58,329 nucleotides of DNA from Perkinsus olseni (lineage: Eukaryota), in assembly GCA_013115125.1 (NCBI GenBank), contig JABANN010000169.1, forward strand, positions 1 through 58,329, written 5' to 3'. Below the pieces are notes generated by a model. That model saw only the letters and a program-made list of their open reading frames with translations, was not told the origin of the DNA and did not search any database. This document shows positions 35,101 through 46,523 of the stretch, piece after piece; the first letter of the stretch is position 1, and each line of letters starts with the position of its first letter. The translations under genes were made by a program, and so were the position numbers.

Positions 35101-37205
35101 CAGTGCGCTCCGCGTTCCCTTCTGTACGTGGCTTCATATCATTCACGTGCCCGTCTTCTCTCTTTACACCACTCTATATAACGATTTAGTATGCACTCCG
35201 CGGTCTCTCAAGAGTTCGATCACTTTGAGTGCAATACCGCCCCTTCCCCAACTCACGTCGAGGCCCGTCTGCTCACACCAGCATCAGCGGTGACCATCTT
35301 TTGGAAGTACTTAGCATATCTACACAGTGACGTGGTTACTCAGCATTCGGCCAGGGGAGATTCGCTACCGCTGAAGACTTTGCGGCCAATTGGATGGCTC
35401 GATGAACTTGATGGTGGACCGGGAGCTCTCCAGAGAAGAATCTCGCTCGATACTGCTGCTGGAGCGCAGGACCGATGACGGCCCCGTGGCAGCCTGAACC
35501 CACCCATACCGGTTCGGAAGGGGGTAGCAACGACCTCCGGGAAAAAATGTATCAAAAGTAGTGATAGAAACGCGCTGCCGAGGCGAACGGGGCGCTTCTA
35601 AGTACTTCAGCCATGTCGGGCTTGGGGTCGGCACTATTGGGTGTTGAACAATCAGAAACATCGCTGGACTTGAGACGCATATGATAAGGTCGGAGAATCT
35701 TTTTGCGTTCAACAACAACCTGCAAGCTTACCTCGCTGCCAACAGCGTATCTTTCCCTAAGATACGCCACAGCATCTTTAACTTCTGCACAGACCCCCGT
35801 GGACACCAACGCTGCGATGATGAACAACAACGTAGTGGGCTGAGAACATACACAAACAATATCGCGTACGGAATCGTCGCAAACGTGAGCCGACCCACGA
35901 CGAAGTGCAGCTCGCCTGGAATTGCCGTGAGGAAACTACGAATACTGTCAGGGCAATTACATCAGGAATCCTGTTACAGAATAAAATGCACACTGTTAAG
36001 CCAAGGCCCCGAAATGAATCTTTCAAGTGAGCAAACGATGAGAACGATCATATTTTTCCAGGCCGACCAGCAGCAACGGTAGACTCACAGAGGTGTCACG
36101 GCAGTGGATGACGGCGACAAATCTTGTCCGATCGAGTTGGAGCCAAAACATGAGGGATGAACAGAACCGGGTGAGGAGCTCTGAAAAGAATGCGCATCCG
36201 AAAGACTGCAGTCTGCAGGTGAAAGGACTTACCAATGCTTGGGGGAGCCACAGCAAGGCTTTGGCCTTTGACTTCGGTGGTAGGGAGGGCGAAGTTGAGG
36301 ACCTGACGACGGAGACGCCTGGGTGCAGCTATTGCTGAGGGATCTGGTGATGAGATCACGGCGAGAAACTACTGCGAGAATTTCTTTTCGCTGACAGGGC
36401 TGAAATCCGCTGGATGTCTCTCTGGCATTTGAGTTTTCTTTAACGAGCGCTACGGCCTATGATTGGAGCGAGGGCTGACAGCGGCGCGAGGAGTGAAGTC
36501 AACAGCTACTCTCACCCAGTCGACTGATGGGTTGATCGGACACGTACCACCGACTATATGCTCAGATAACGGCCACCGCGCATACACCGATTGCGGACTT
36601 GAATGGGCGCGATGAACTCGCATCGGTTGGAACCCGGGACCTCTCTTGCCTGATTTCTGAACTTCTCCGGTTCCACTAGAGACCTCTGCGAGCGCTCTAT
36701 GTTCCACACGGCGAAATTACAACCGTAGCGCTCCAGGAGATACTCAGACACGACGTCAATGTTATTACGATGGGCCTGACCACCAACACTTTCACAGAAG
36801 ACACAAGTAATCCACTGTGGTGACCACGGGAGGGAAATGAGCGCAACGAAAGAGTACGCGGATTCGTCATTGGAGACATTCGGGATTCCTCGGAGAGAAG
36901 CAATCTCACCAGTGGGCAACGACAACAGGGAGCCTATGACTTGTGTAATGCTAGGCTGACAACGACATAGTTGCTATACACATACGACGCGGCCTCCAAT
37001 ACGGCCGTGGCGATGGAACGTGAGGCAGGCTCACCATGCGGTCACTCGGCATCTGCCATGGGCTTCTCATGAGCACTATCCTATCAGCTAGCTGGTCAAC
37101 ATCAAGATCATCTCGGCTCAACTCCAAACACGGCGAGAGGCCTCTCGCTATTCTACTAGGACTGATCGAGTCGTCACGATGCCCACCGACTGCTGATGAC
37201 TTCAT
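29188..37205 (-). CDS. Formin with N-terminal PTEN-like/C2 region, FH1 and FH2 domains; many exons, 3' end approximate
   Basis: DLDVDQLADRIVLMRSP and HRNNIDVVSEYLLERY (PTEN-like), VVLKGDV (C2), KGTPPPLPGA repeats (FH1), KKLHWKAI..TIW, VLKFGNFVN..GYTLESLLKL..TMLHYVA and FFGEDP..EDFFGTL (FH2). Confidence 0.92.
31363..31785. repeat. Coding minisatellite of 30/33-bp units (formin FH1)
   Basis: Tandem CCTTGG(CCG)CTCCTGGTAGAGG(G/T)GGAGGGGT units encoding KGTPPPLPGA(A) on the minus strand. Confidence 0.95.
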
Positions 37206-38767
37206 GGAATGCTACACCACCGATACCGGCATGAAAACACTGATAGGACCATACCGTTCATCCACTACCGCAACACGAGGCTTGGCACAAGGCAGAAGAG
37301 ACAGTAATCAAGCATGATTATTTCGGCACTGAGAGGACCTAAATTCCCGCTGGCAGAAGAGCGACACAGAAGCCTATCACTCCTCCATCGCGCAAGATTC
37401 GCATACCGTCTATGGACAGGCACGACATATACGCTTATGAAGCCCACAGGCCCTTCCATATGGGAACCCTCCAGAAGACGGATACCGATGAAGAACCTGG
37501 TCAGATGGTCCAGGCTGAGGCCAAAACGGCTAGGGTGTATCCGATAGATGGCCAGTGCCTTGGCACTAAGGCAGCTCTGCAACTGACAGAGACAATACGA
37601 GAAAATTGCAGCCGCGACACTGGCGTCTTGCCGACGTTGGAAGATGCCGCCCCTCCTTCGAAGGCTCGGCTTTGGAACTTGTCACGACTTCTCAGTCATC
37701 ATCAGGAGGGGACTCTCTGGCGCGGTAGGTAAGGTACAGCTGTGTGTCAAGAAATATGAAGCCACCTGAACGAATCAATTGATGACTCGTTGCACAGCCC
37801 GACTGTGCACTGAAGAAAAACGTTCCATTGCCTAACGCCCGGTGTCTATGGCGTTGAGGTGCCGGCATGGTATCCAAGGATGCAGCTCACAGCCCCACCA
37901 TCATCCTTGAAGGCCGAGCCCACCGTCATGTCCATTCGAGGTTGACAGGACAAGAGTCAGGAGGGAGCGGCACACGGCGCCGACCGAAGTCAGGGAACTC
38001 CGGGAAAGAGCCGACCCTAGAAGACTATAGGAGCTTCATGCGCTTCAGTCATATACAAATTTCCCTCCGCAACGCCGTGGCCACAGTTTCTGCAAAGACC
38101 ATGCTATCGTGGTTCATGGGAGCGGTTATACACGGGTTAAACCGCCCTTGGGAGCAGCTATGTTGTCCATGATTAGTCGTGAGACCGCACGAAGGGATGA
38201 TAAAGTGGCATCCAAAATGGCCACGCGCCGCGCCTGTTGCCGTCCCAGGCTGACGTGCACAGGCGTACGGGCGTGGGACATACTAGCGGAGACGTACCAA
38301 GGGTAGCCTTACGGAGGGCTTCTTAGGGCTAGCCAAGGAGGAGAAGGAGGAGGCAAAGCAATGAAGTTGTGGTTGATGATCGAACCGTGACTGTGATGTC
38401 GCCTCGCTCTCAACGGACAATTGGACTTCGTCGGCGGATGAGCATTTTTGAATACAACTGTGATGAGCCCTGAATGCCTCGAACACAACAGGCTCAATTC
38501 ACAAACACAATACGGTGGCACGAGCCGAAAAATAGAAAAGAGGTAAGGGCGAGAGAAGCACAGTCGCGACGAGGATGGACAAATGCCGATGTTGATTACA
38601 ATAATCGTGAGCGTTCGAGGCTTCCCAGCAGGCCTGCAGGCCCGGCACTCGCCTCGAGTGACGAGATGACGTTACGACGGTCGTGTAGCGATGAAGCTGG
38701 GAAAACGGGTAAAAGAATTAAATGGGCGCCCGAAAACTAATCTACCGTCCCGTGAGGATAAAAAATC

Positions 38768-39573
38768 TTAAGCCTTGGTAAGAGAGATACGGCGCTTCAG
38801 GAATCGAGTGTAGATGGTCTTCTCAGTGGCAAAGAAGAGCACCTGCAGGTCCTTGTTTGATCACAGTTCGTACCACTGCAAGACCAACTTATTCCAGAAT
38901 AAATGATATTCCTCATCTCCGAAGCGCACCGTGATGTAGTCACGATCCACGCAAGGCCTACTGTGGAGAGAGAGCTTGAATCGGGAGGAGACAACCACTC
39001 CGTCAGCTTCTACCTCAATCAGCACATCGTCCTCGGATTTCACCGTGCAAGTGACTTTGTATTCAGATTCTTCGGGTTGGTCATAGACGAACTCCCCGGT
39101 ATGTCCGGGAAACCCCTCCTCCTGAAAACCATTCGTCGGTCCTGGAAGCGACTCGCGATAAGTTTGTCACCCCTTGGGAACCACAAAGCCCCGAGGTCAC
39201 AAGGCTGATCACCTGCAGCTGCCGAAAAGGCCTCATCAAGGCCGGTAATGCCGGTATTCTTGAAGAAGGTCTCCAATCGCTTGCACCATTCAACAGCAGT
39301 AGTGTTGGATTTATCGGAGTCGATGAGGAAGCGTCGCCAATGCCTTGGGATGGGCGCGGACCGTAGAGGATACGGCCCGAGCTTCAACACGTTTCTAGTA
39401 ACCCGAACTTGAGGTACATCAAGGTCGAAGGTAACCTGTTTATCTTCGTTGACCTTGTACGTCATAGTGTAGAACGAGCCCTTGTGAGTGAAGTCACCAA
39501 CGTCCTGAGCCGTCGTGACCAGGAAGGGAAGAGAAGCCGATAACATCAGGCAAGTTGGTACGAAGGCGACCAT
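38768..39573 (-). pseudogene. Intronless two-domain secreted protein disrupted by a frameshift and an in-frame stop
   Basis: Signal peptide MVAFVPTCLMLSASLPFLVTTA. Domain 1 (GDFTH..YTMTYKV...DLGALWF..IASRF) is mirrored by domain 2 (GEFVY..YKVTCTV...DLQVLFF..IYTRF). Joining them needs one more G at about 39095 and passage of a TGA at 38861. Confidence 0.7.
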
Positions 39574-40546
39574 TGGTAGAAGGGAGGAGTCTCGTTAAAG
39601 ACCTAGGAAAGAGTTACACTCGAGTATTTGGTTCAACCATTGACGTAAACGATGAGCCGGCATTTGTAGATCCCTGATTCTCGGCCGCAGCGCTGTGGCT
39701 TGGGAGAGTAACGCTATGAGCTACAAGAAAAAGTGCCGATGAAGACGTGGACGGGGCCTCCGAGATTTGAGATGCGATAAAGCGATTTCGGTGAGAGTGC
39801 ATTGACACTGAAACCGTCACACTGTGGTGACACATTCCCGACGGCCCAGTCGACCGGAAGAGGGGTCCAAGCGCGGGTACAACACCTCCAAAGGACTCAG
39901 TGGACAACTTGCACGCATGCACACTTCAGCTTAGGACGACGGCAACCTGTCTCGGCTCGACAGATACCATCACCACTGGTGACTAACTACCACTGGTAGT
40001 CTACCAGTACCTCATACCAACCTGCGTCTTGAACTCACGTGCATGAGGAGACGTGCAGAACTGCGCTTAGCTTAGTAAGCTGTAGATCACATTATGGTTC
40101 AACTCTTCTCGTGTCAAACTCTGCTTTTCTTTGAGCCCCATCTAACAGGTACCACTGAAGCTGTGAAGGGGACCACCGTCCAACGGGTCCGAGGTTCGAC
40201 CGAGAGTGAGGCTGATGGACCGCCGTAGATGGACAGAGCGGTCGATTGAGTCGACACAACCCAATCGTTACGGAGTCTCCGCAGGAAACCACAGTCAGAG
40301 AACAGAAGAAGACCACCTAATTGAACTCATCGATGTACCCATCCGTACAGAAAGCCCGTACAGTGACCACTAGTACAGTCTCACTTCGAATAAGCTCAGT
40401 CACTTATCACGGTCCACATTCGCACAGACCCAACCAACTCTATCACATTTCCAACCATGATAACTACACTATAATCCAACGACAAATACGACAATAGAAA
40501 CCCAGGAATACTATGATGACAACAACAACTGAACAGGAAGCTGTAG

Positions 40547-41057
40547 TTAGCTCTCTCCCCCTCGCTGATGGTAGATCTCAGCGGTGTTCCCTCTGGACTC
40601 GTTGTCTTGTAAGATCTTGGCCTGCTCAGCGTTGTGCTCAGCGAACCTCAAGGCCACTCGCTGCGAATACCCGACGAACTTCTGTACACAACGCTTGGTG
40701 CACTCCATCTAAAGCAGACGGAAAATGGCTAAATATGAATCGCTTCGCTCCGCCCTCGGCACCTCTTCCCCGTTTATTTTCTTCTCTTTGAAGCTCCTCA
40801 CACAAGTAGCGAAGCATCTATTAACCATATTATTGTAGGTGTTCATCGAATCTCGCATCTGGAAAGAAGCCAAATACACTTCCATCTTAATCTCCGCTCC
40901 CCTCGGGGATTAAGACTCCATTAGCATTCGTATCTTCCTCGCATGAACCTTAAGATTCCCTCACCTGCAGCCACTGCATCTCCTGTTCAACAGCCTGACG
41001 ATCAGCATTCGATAAGGCGTTGAAGCCAGGCACCGCACTAGGGTCCATTCCAGACAT
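40547..41057 (-). CDS. TIM9: Mitochondrial small Tim chaperone Tim9, 3 exons
   Basis: ...WLQ-MRDSMNTYNNMVNRCFATCVRSFKEKKINGEE-MECTKRCVQKFVGYSQRVALRFAE: twin CX3C motif in Tim9-like context. Confidence 0.88.
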
Positions 41058-41354
41058 CTTTACTACTTTACAAAATCACAACTGAAGATCTTTGAAGTGA
41101 GAGTTGGAAGTTTCAGTCAAAAGCCTCGCTGGCAACTCGACGATCGTTGCTGACTTGAAAACATCACATGGAGCAAATAACGACACTATTCTCTCCTCTT
41201 CCCCTTCTCTTCGGAACCTGACCAACCACACCTCCACGCCAAACTCTTCGAAAGCACCGATGGTCAATCGCCGAGGATGAGCCATCATCCTAGACCGCAT
41301 ATGGCAAGAACAAGCCTCACGTGTTAAAAAGAAATTTCCGGAGGTCCCCGATCG

Positions 41355-43310
41355 TCACTGCCCTAACGGCTGCCCTACTTCCCTCGGGAGCATCAGCAAC
41401 CCGTCCCTGCACGCCCGCACAACCGGCTTACCATCGCCTCGTTCGACATCCCTTCCGAAGATCCCCAACCCGACCGAGACGAAGATCATTCCAACCATCG
41501 AGCAGGGTGCCAATGGATACCCGAAAAGGATCTGTAAGACTCCCGATATTCCCGAGGTTATACACTCCCCAACTCACAGAACTGGCTAGAGCCGTCGCCC
41601 ACAGCTCCACTGCCGCTGCGATGGACTTAATAATGGACCCGAGGGAACGAAGAACGAACCCTGTTAATATACCTACCACGGAACCCGGCTGCCACGACTC
41701 CAAGCGATTCCAAGGTGAGTCCAATTTTCTCATCTTTGTTCCGCCACATCAAATCCGAGTCGCAACAACACCCTACCGATCCACAGATCCAGCAGACGCA
41801 AAAAGTTGGCCTTCTGCGCAGCTCCCCGGTAGACGTACCAGTAAAAGCAGCATTAATAACAGCGGCCGCAGTCCAGGGCCTCGTAAGAGGCTGAATTAAC
41901 GCATCCCACCGCGTCTGATGATGAGGCGCCACAAAACAGCTCAGAATCAACAGGAGGAGACTGTCAGCGTACATGAACACATTTTGTATCTACAACAGCT
42001 AGAGGTGTCAGAAAGAAAACCACCAGCAACTCACATGAGGATTCACCCCTCGATTTCTCAGAAGTTTCTCACTGAAGATTCCCGCAGCGCTCGACAAGAA
42101 TGCTTGCAAAAACACCGTCATGTAATCCACGACCGAGTGACCGCCAGAGGAGCCGCCTAAAAAATCGCCATCACTCTCGACTGCACCGGAGAGCCTGACC
42201 GAATAGGAGAGCGTAGAGGGCTGGGCCCTCCTGAAGCATCGAGCCTAGCATTATAAAAATAAGTCCAACCCATTGAAGGAGGGACGTCTTCTTAGCGGAC
42301 CCTAGCAGTTGATAGAGGAGGGCTGTCATCACTATGCGGCTTTGCAGCAGTACCTGCATGATGGAAAATGTCGCGCGCCACGAAATTACCCGCCTTACAA
42401 AATAGGTACCCGGAGCGAATCTTTTCAAGCCGTGGTAAGTGAGGACGTTATAAATGCAGTACAGCGCTGCTGGAATCATGTTTCTGACACCCCTAGCTAT
42501 AACAATCAATAGCAGCGGCAACGGGCGTACAGTAGAAGCAGATTTGGATGGCCCTTCACTTGTGCCAAAAGGGCCGCCAAAGTTCCTCCCGACTCCATAC
42601 AGAAGAGGGTGGAGGCTAACACCAACTTGGCCGTCTCCTGCCACATCACGGCGACCTTTGAGTCGACCACCACGCCCTCCTCCTCATCAACGACCGATGC
42701 CCAGTGAACCTAGGAGAGGTCTTATCGAACTTCACAAGCAATCACCGCCAAAGCCAGCGCTGGTGACGGCCGTCGTCCATTCAAGGAGCGTCAACGCTGT
42801 GAGTCCACCATGAAGGGATTGAGACCGCAATCTGATTGCGCTAACGGCGGACATCCTACTGTCCCTCAATCTACTCCCTACTACGGAGAGGTTGGAGCCA
42901 CGGAAAAGAGGGAATGCCCCTCCCGAATGGAATGGCCGCCACTACGTGTCATCATCACAACGTTATTTGCAGGATTCCCAACTAACCCCTCGACCCAAGC
43001 AGACGACTATCATCTTCATGCGACCACCACCACCACCCGGCAGCCTACCAGCACTCCCTGGGCCACCCACACTGCGATGTATCCCCAGAAAAGCAATACT
43101 TCATACCAACCCGTCAGGCCGAGGAACGAGAAAGGAAGAGGAGAATAAACGAAGGCGGGCCTTCCGGCATCACCCAGCCGTGTCACCATTGCAACTGCGT
43201 GGCAAGAGGTCCATCCACCACCACCACCCGCCGATCCAGAAATCACGCGATAACGATCGTAGAAAGCACCCAAGCTGCGAACCAGCGGCAACCTCCTCAC
43301 CACGAGCCAT
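41355..43310 (-). CDS. Nucleotide-sugar transporter (SLC35A / UDP-galactose-CMP-sialic acid family), multi-exon
   Basis: PAALYCIYNVLTY...PGTYF-VLLQSRIVMTALL...LLQWVGL, QNVFMY, LGSIIKSIA, and a terminal TM segment LFGYP..SMVGMIFVSVGL. Confidence 0.9.
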
Positions 43311-43553
43311 TCTCACGCTCAGACCAACTCAATTTTGCCCCACCCATCTGAGCACCCTTAAACTCTACAGCCGAGAATGGTTCTAAGAAACATCAGTATT
43401 GGACGTAGTGGTAGTTGATGACGATGACGACCATCGACTCATCGACGTTGTCGCTTGGCGATACCCTTAGGCTTGGCGAAGCCTCCTCCTTCTCCTGAAG
43501 TAAAATGGAGTATCACATTAAGCACGTATCTCAGAAAACTGATGTGTATAATA

Positions 43554-44201
43554 CAGTGCTCCAAATTGCGGAGCGAGCGAAGCGAGCGGAACATATACTA
43601 CAACAACAGGCATTCGCGCGTTGTGCGTGCGTGCAGACAGTTTCTCGATAATTACCGAGTTTCAGCGGACAAGCTTTACACCATTCGAAAGAGCACGCTC
43701 TAAAACCCCCGTAAAAAATAGGGAGAAATTCAGGCCCGAACTTCCGAGTTCAAAACAAGAGGAAATAACCAAAAATTTTGAATTTACAATGGGGTAAAAG
43801 TGCGATTTTCCCGATTTTCGCAGAATCATTTCGCAATATCGGACGGCTTTACGGCTTAACGAGCCAGGCGGTTCGAGAGCCCAGGAAGCACTCTTTCAAG
43901 CGATAACTCTGTAACAGGAATCACAACCTTTTTCTTGGGTACGTTCTGCATAATGGCAATGCATCAAGATTGGAAATGTAATCAAAACCGTTTCATGAGT
44001 AGTGTAATACAGTGCTCGATTCGGAATAGAATCCAAAAACTTGATTTCGCCTCAACTTCCATGCTTACAGCGGGCACAGAACTTGGAGAGTGCATTCACA
44101 TGGTCGTAACGAATAGTGTGTTAAAGGATCAGGTTCAAACTCTCAATAGCTGAGCCGAAATTAAGTTTTCAGACTACATCCCAAATTGATTTGGAGCACT
44201 C
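43554..44201. mobile_element. Candidate TA-flanked MITE
   Basis: TA|CAGTGCTCCAAAT ... ATTTGGAGCACTC|TA (13-bp TIR, one terminal mismatch). AT-rich non-coding interior with a second TACAGTGCTC end at 44008. Confidence 0.5.
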
Positions 44202-44226
44202 TATGTAGCAACAACGACAATAACCT

Positions 44227-46026
44227 AACTGAGCCATGAGCTCCTACCCTCAGCAGGCTCCTGCGTAGTAGAAGGCGACGGGATGTTCCCCTGGCGTCTG
44301 TTCTTCCGCTTTTTCTTCTGTGGTTGAGTCGCCGTCGCTGCATCATCATCCTTCAGGTCAAACTCCTGCTCGATAAACCTGGTCATCAAGCGACATAATT
44401 CTGTATCACGCAAGGATCAACCTAAGATACTCCTTACTTCAAAGCCTGACTAGCAGCCGATCGTTTCCCCCCTGCCGGAGTGTCTCGGCGGATCTCCGCA
44501 GCAGCCGTGGCACCGTGGCGCCTCTTGCCGAGAAGCCCGCTGACCGGCGCCTGGGGCACCTGATCACACTTCAGAATCCAACCAGCAAGCCCCCTTGTCT
44601 ACTAGGACCCCTTCAGAGGTCAGAACGACGACGAGCCTCACAGCGATGAGAGATCATTCGAAGAATCTCGAAGTCAAGAATCCACCACCGCGTGAGTAGT
44701 AATAGTAGTACTAGAACGCTCTTAAGTAGCACCGCCGCTCTCATGATCCTCACATTAGCATAAGCCTGTCGGATGCTCTTCGGGATGGCGCCCTTCGTTC
44801 CCTTCAGGTGGATAACCTCCGGTGATGGCGGTGTCTCCTTCTCACCAGACGTCACCTGGACACGATTTGCTGGAGTTGTGGTATGACTCAATCACCAGCG
44901 CCTACCTTGACCGGATGCGACACAGTACTCGCCACGACAGGGTTCTCCATCTCAGCCTCCCCTCCTTCCTTCTCCTCAGCGTTGGCTTCCTTCTGCCTCG
45001 CCAAGTACATCGTACTGGCCAACTCCGCAGGGACCTGATCGCTCGAGAGTTTCCTCAAGGCATTCATCCCCAAGACCGCCGCAATATTCATACCACACCA
45101 ATCGCAACTTAAACACCGATCGAGAGTCCCCACAGGCATAGCACTTATTCGCGTTCCACAGGAAGACGGCCGCATCGTATATTGTTGCCTTGCACCATAA
45201 TATCCATACCACACCAATCGCAACTCAAACAGCGATCTCGCAGTCCACGCTCTCCTCCGACCAGAACAATTCCGACCGACGCCGACTCGAAGACTTCGAC
45301 CCACCCTCCCAAGAGTTGTCTCTACCTCAGTAAGGGCGACCCCCAATGCAGCTCGGACACCATCAACAGTCGCGGCGATCTTGCCATCATCCCCGATGGC
45401 GGTGTCCACACTCAGAACGTCCGTAGGACCACTAGGCTGATGGGGTGGTAGGGCACCTGATCACCATCATGAGCGGGAATCCAAAAGACGCCCTTCTCGT
45501 AAGCCCCAGCTACGAAGACAGAAAAACTTCAATCTGGAGCCCCTCCGAGATCTCCACCGTCACCGAAAACGCTCATTCGCCCACTCAAAATTCCGCAAAG
45601 GAGAGATGTATCCCCCACCAACCTCTTCACACCGTCACAAGCTTCCGCGCTGACCAACGGCAGAAAAATAAAGTGAAACAACAGCCACTATAATTCATCC
45701 AAAATTTGCCAATTTTTTTCCAAATATCAATTCGCGACACACAGAAGGCACTTCCCAACCTCGCCGAGGACCAACACACAGTCCCCCCTCACCAGCATCG
45801 AGTGCCTCAATCCGGCTGGGGCTGAGCACCACTGGCTCATCCCTCACACTAGAGGTCGTCTTCCGAGTCCTATGATGACCAGCTGATGCGACGCTGGCCG
45901 GAGATTTCCGCCGCTTCCTCTCGGGCGTGGCTGGAGGCAATGGAGATCTTTGCTGTGATTCTTTGCCGCCTTCCTTAGGAGCCACACCAGCTTCCGGTAT
46001 GGGGGCCTTCGGGTGCGAGGCTGCAT
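44227..46026 (-). CDS. Hypothetical protein, multi-exon, with basic NLS-like segments and a duplicated CxxCxxC motif; ends approximate
   Basis: TPERKRRKSP, two DRCLSCDWCGM copies, QKKKRKNRR near the 3' end; GT-AG introns between ORF pieces. Confidence 0.5.
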
Positions 46027-46523
46027 ACTGAAATCACCGAAGACCATGACCGCTGCGCCACGAAATTCTACAACAGTCGCGAATTCCCCTAGTCTGAGAT
46101 AGTAGATGAAAGTAACGCGACTTCTCCACAGTACTCTTCACCGCTACGAGAGTGCCCCTCAACGATAAGAAAGATGTTCGTAAAAATGATCGCAATGCTG
46201 CTCACGATTACGAAGCAGCTGCAGCACAGCATCATCACCGTTATCGCAGACAGCAGGCAAGAATACATATGCCAGACTGAGCACATGTCCCGCGACGAGG
46301 GACCATCGTGACTTCAAGGAGGGTTGCACTAGATGTGTGCTCATCATAACGCCACTCCAGTCAGTATATTTACTCTATACTACAAAATTAACATTTCCCC
46401 CCCGCAAAATTAAGGAATAGACGAAACTTGAGACTCGAGTAATACTGTCACACCGCGGGCAACAGAGGAAGGAGTCCATATCAAGTTACAAGATTATTCT
46501 GACCAAAAAATTGCGGAAATACC

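Noticed and set aside
38861-38863. In-frame TGA as selenocysteine or recoded codon
   Set aside because: The gene also has a frameshift, no Cys is expected at this position, and other genes here use TGA as stop.
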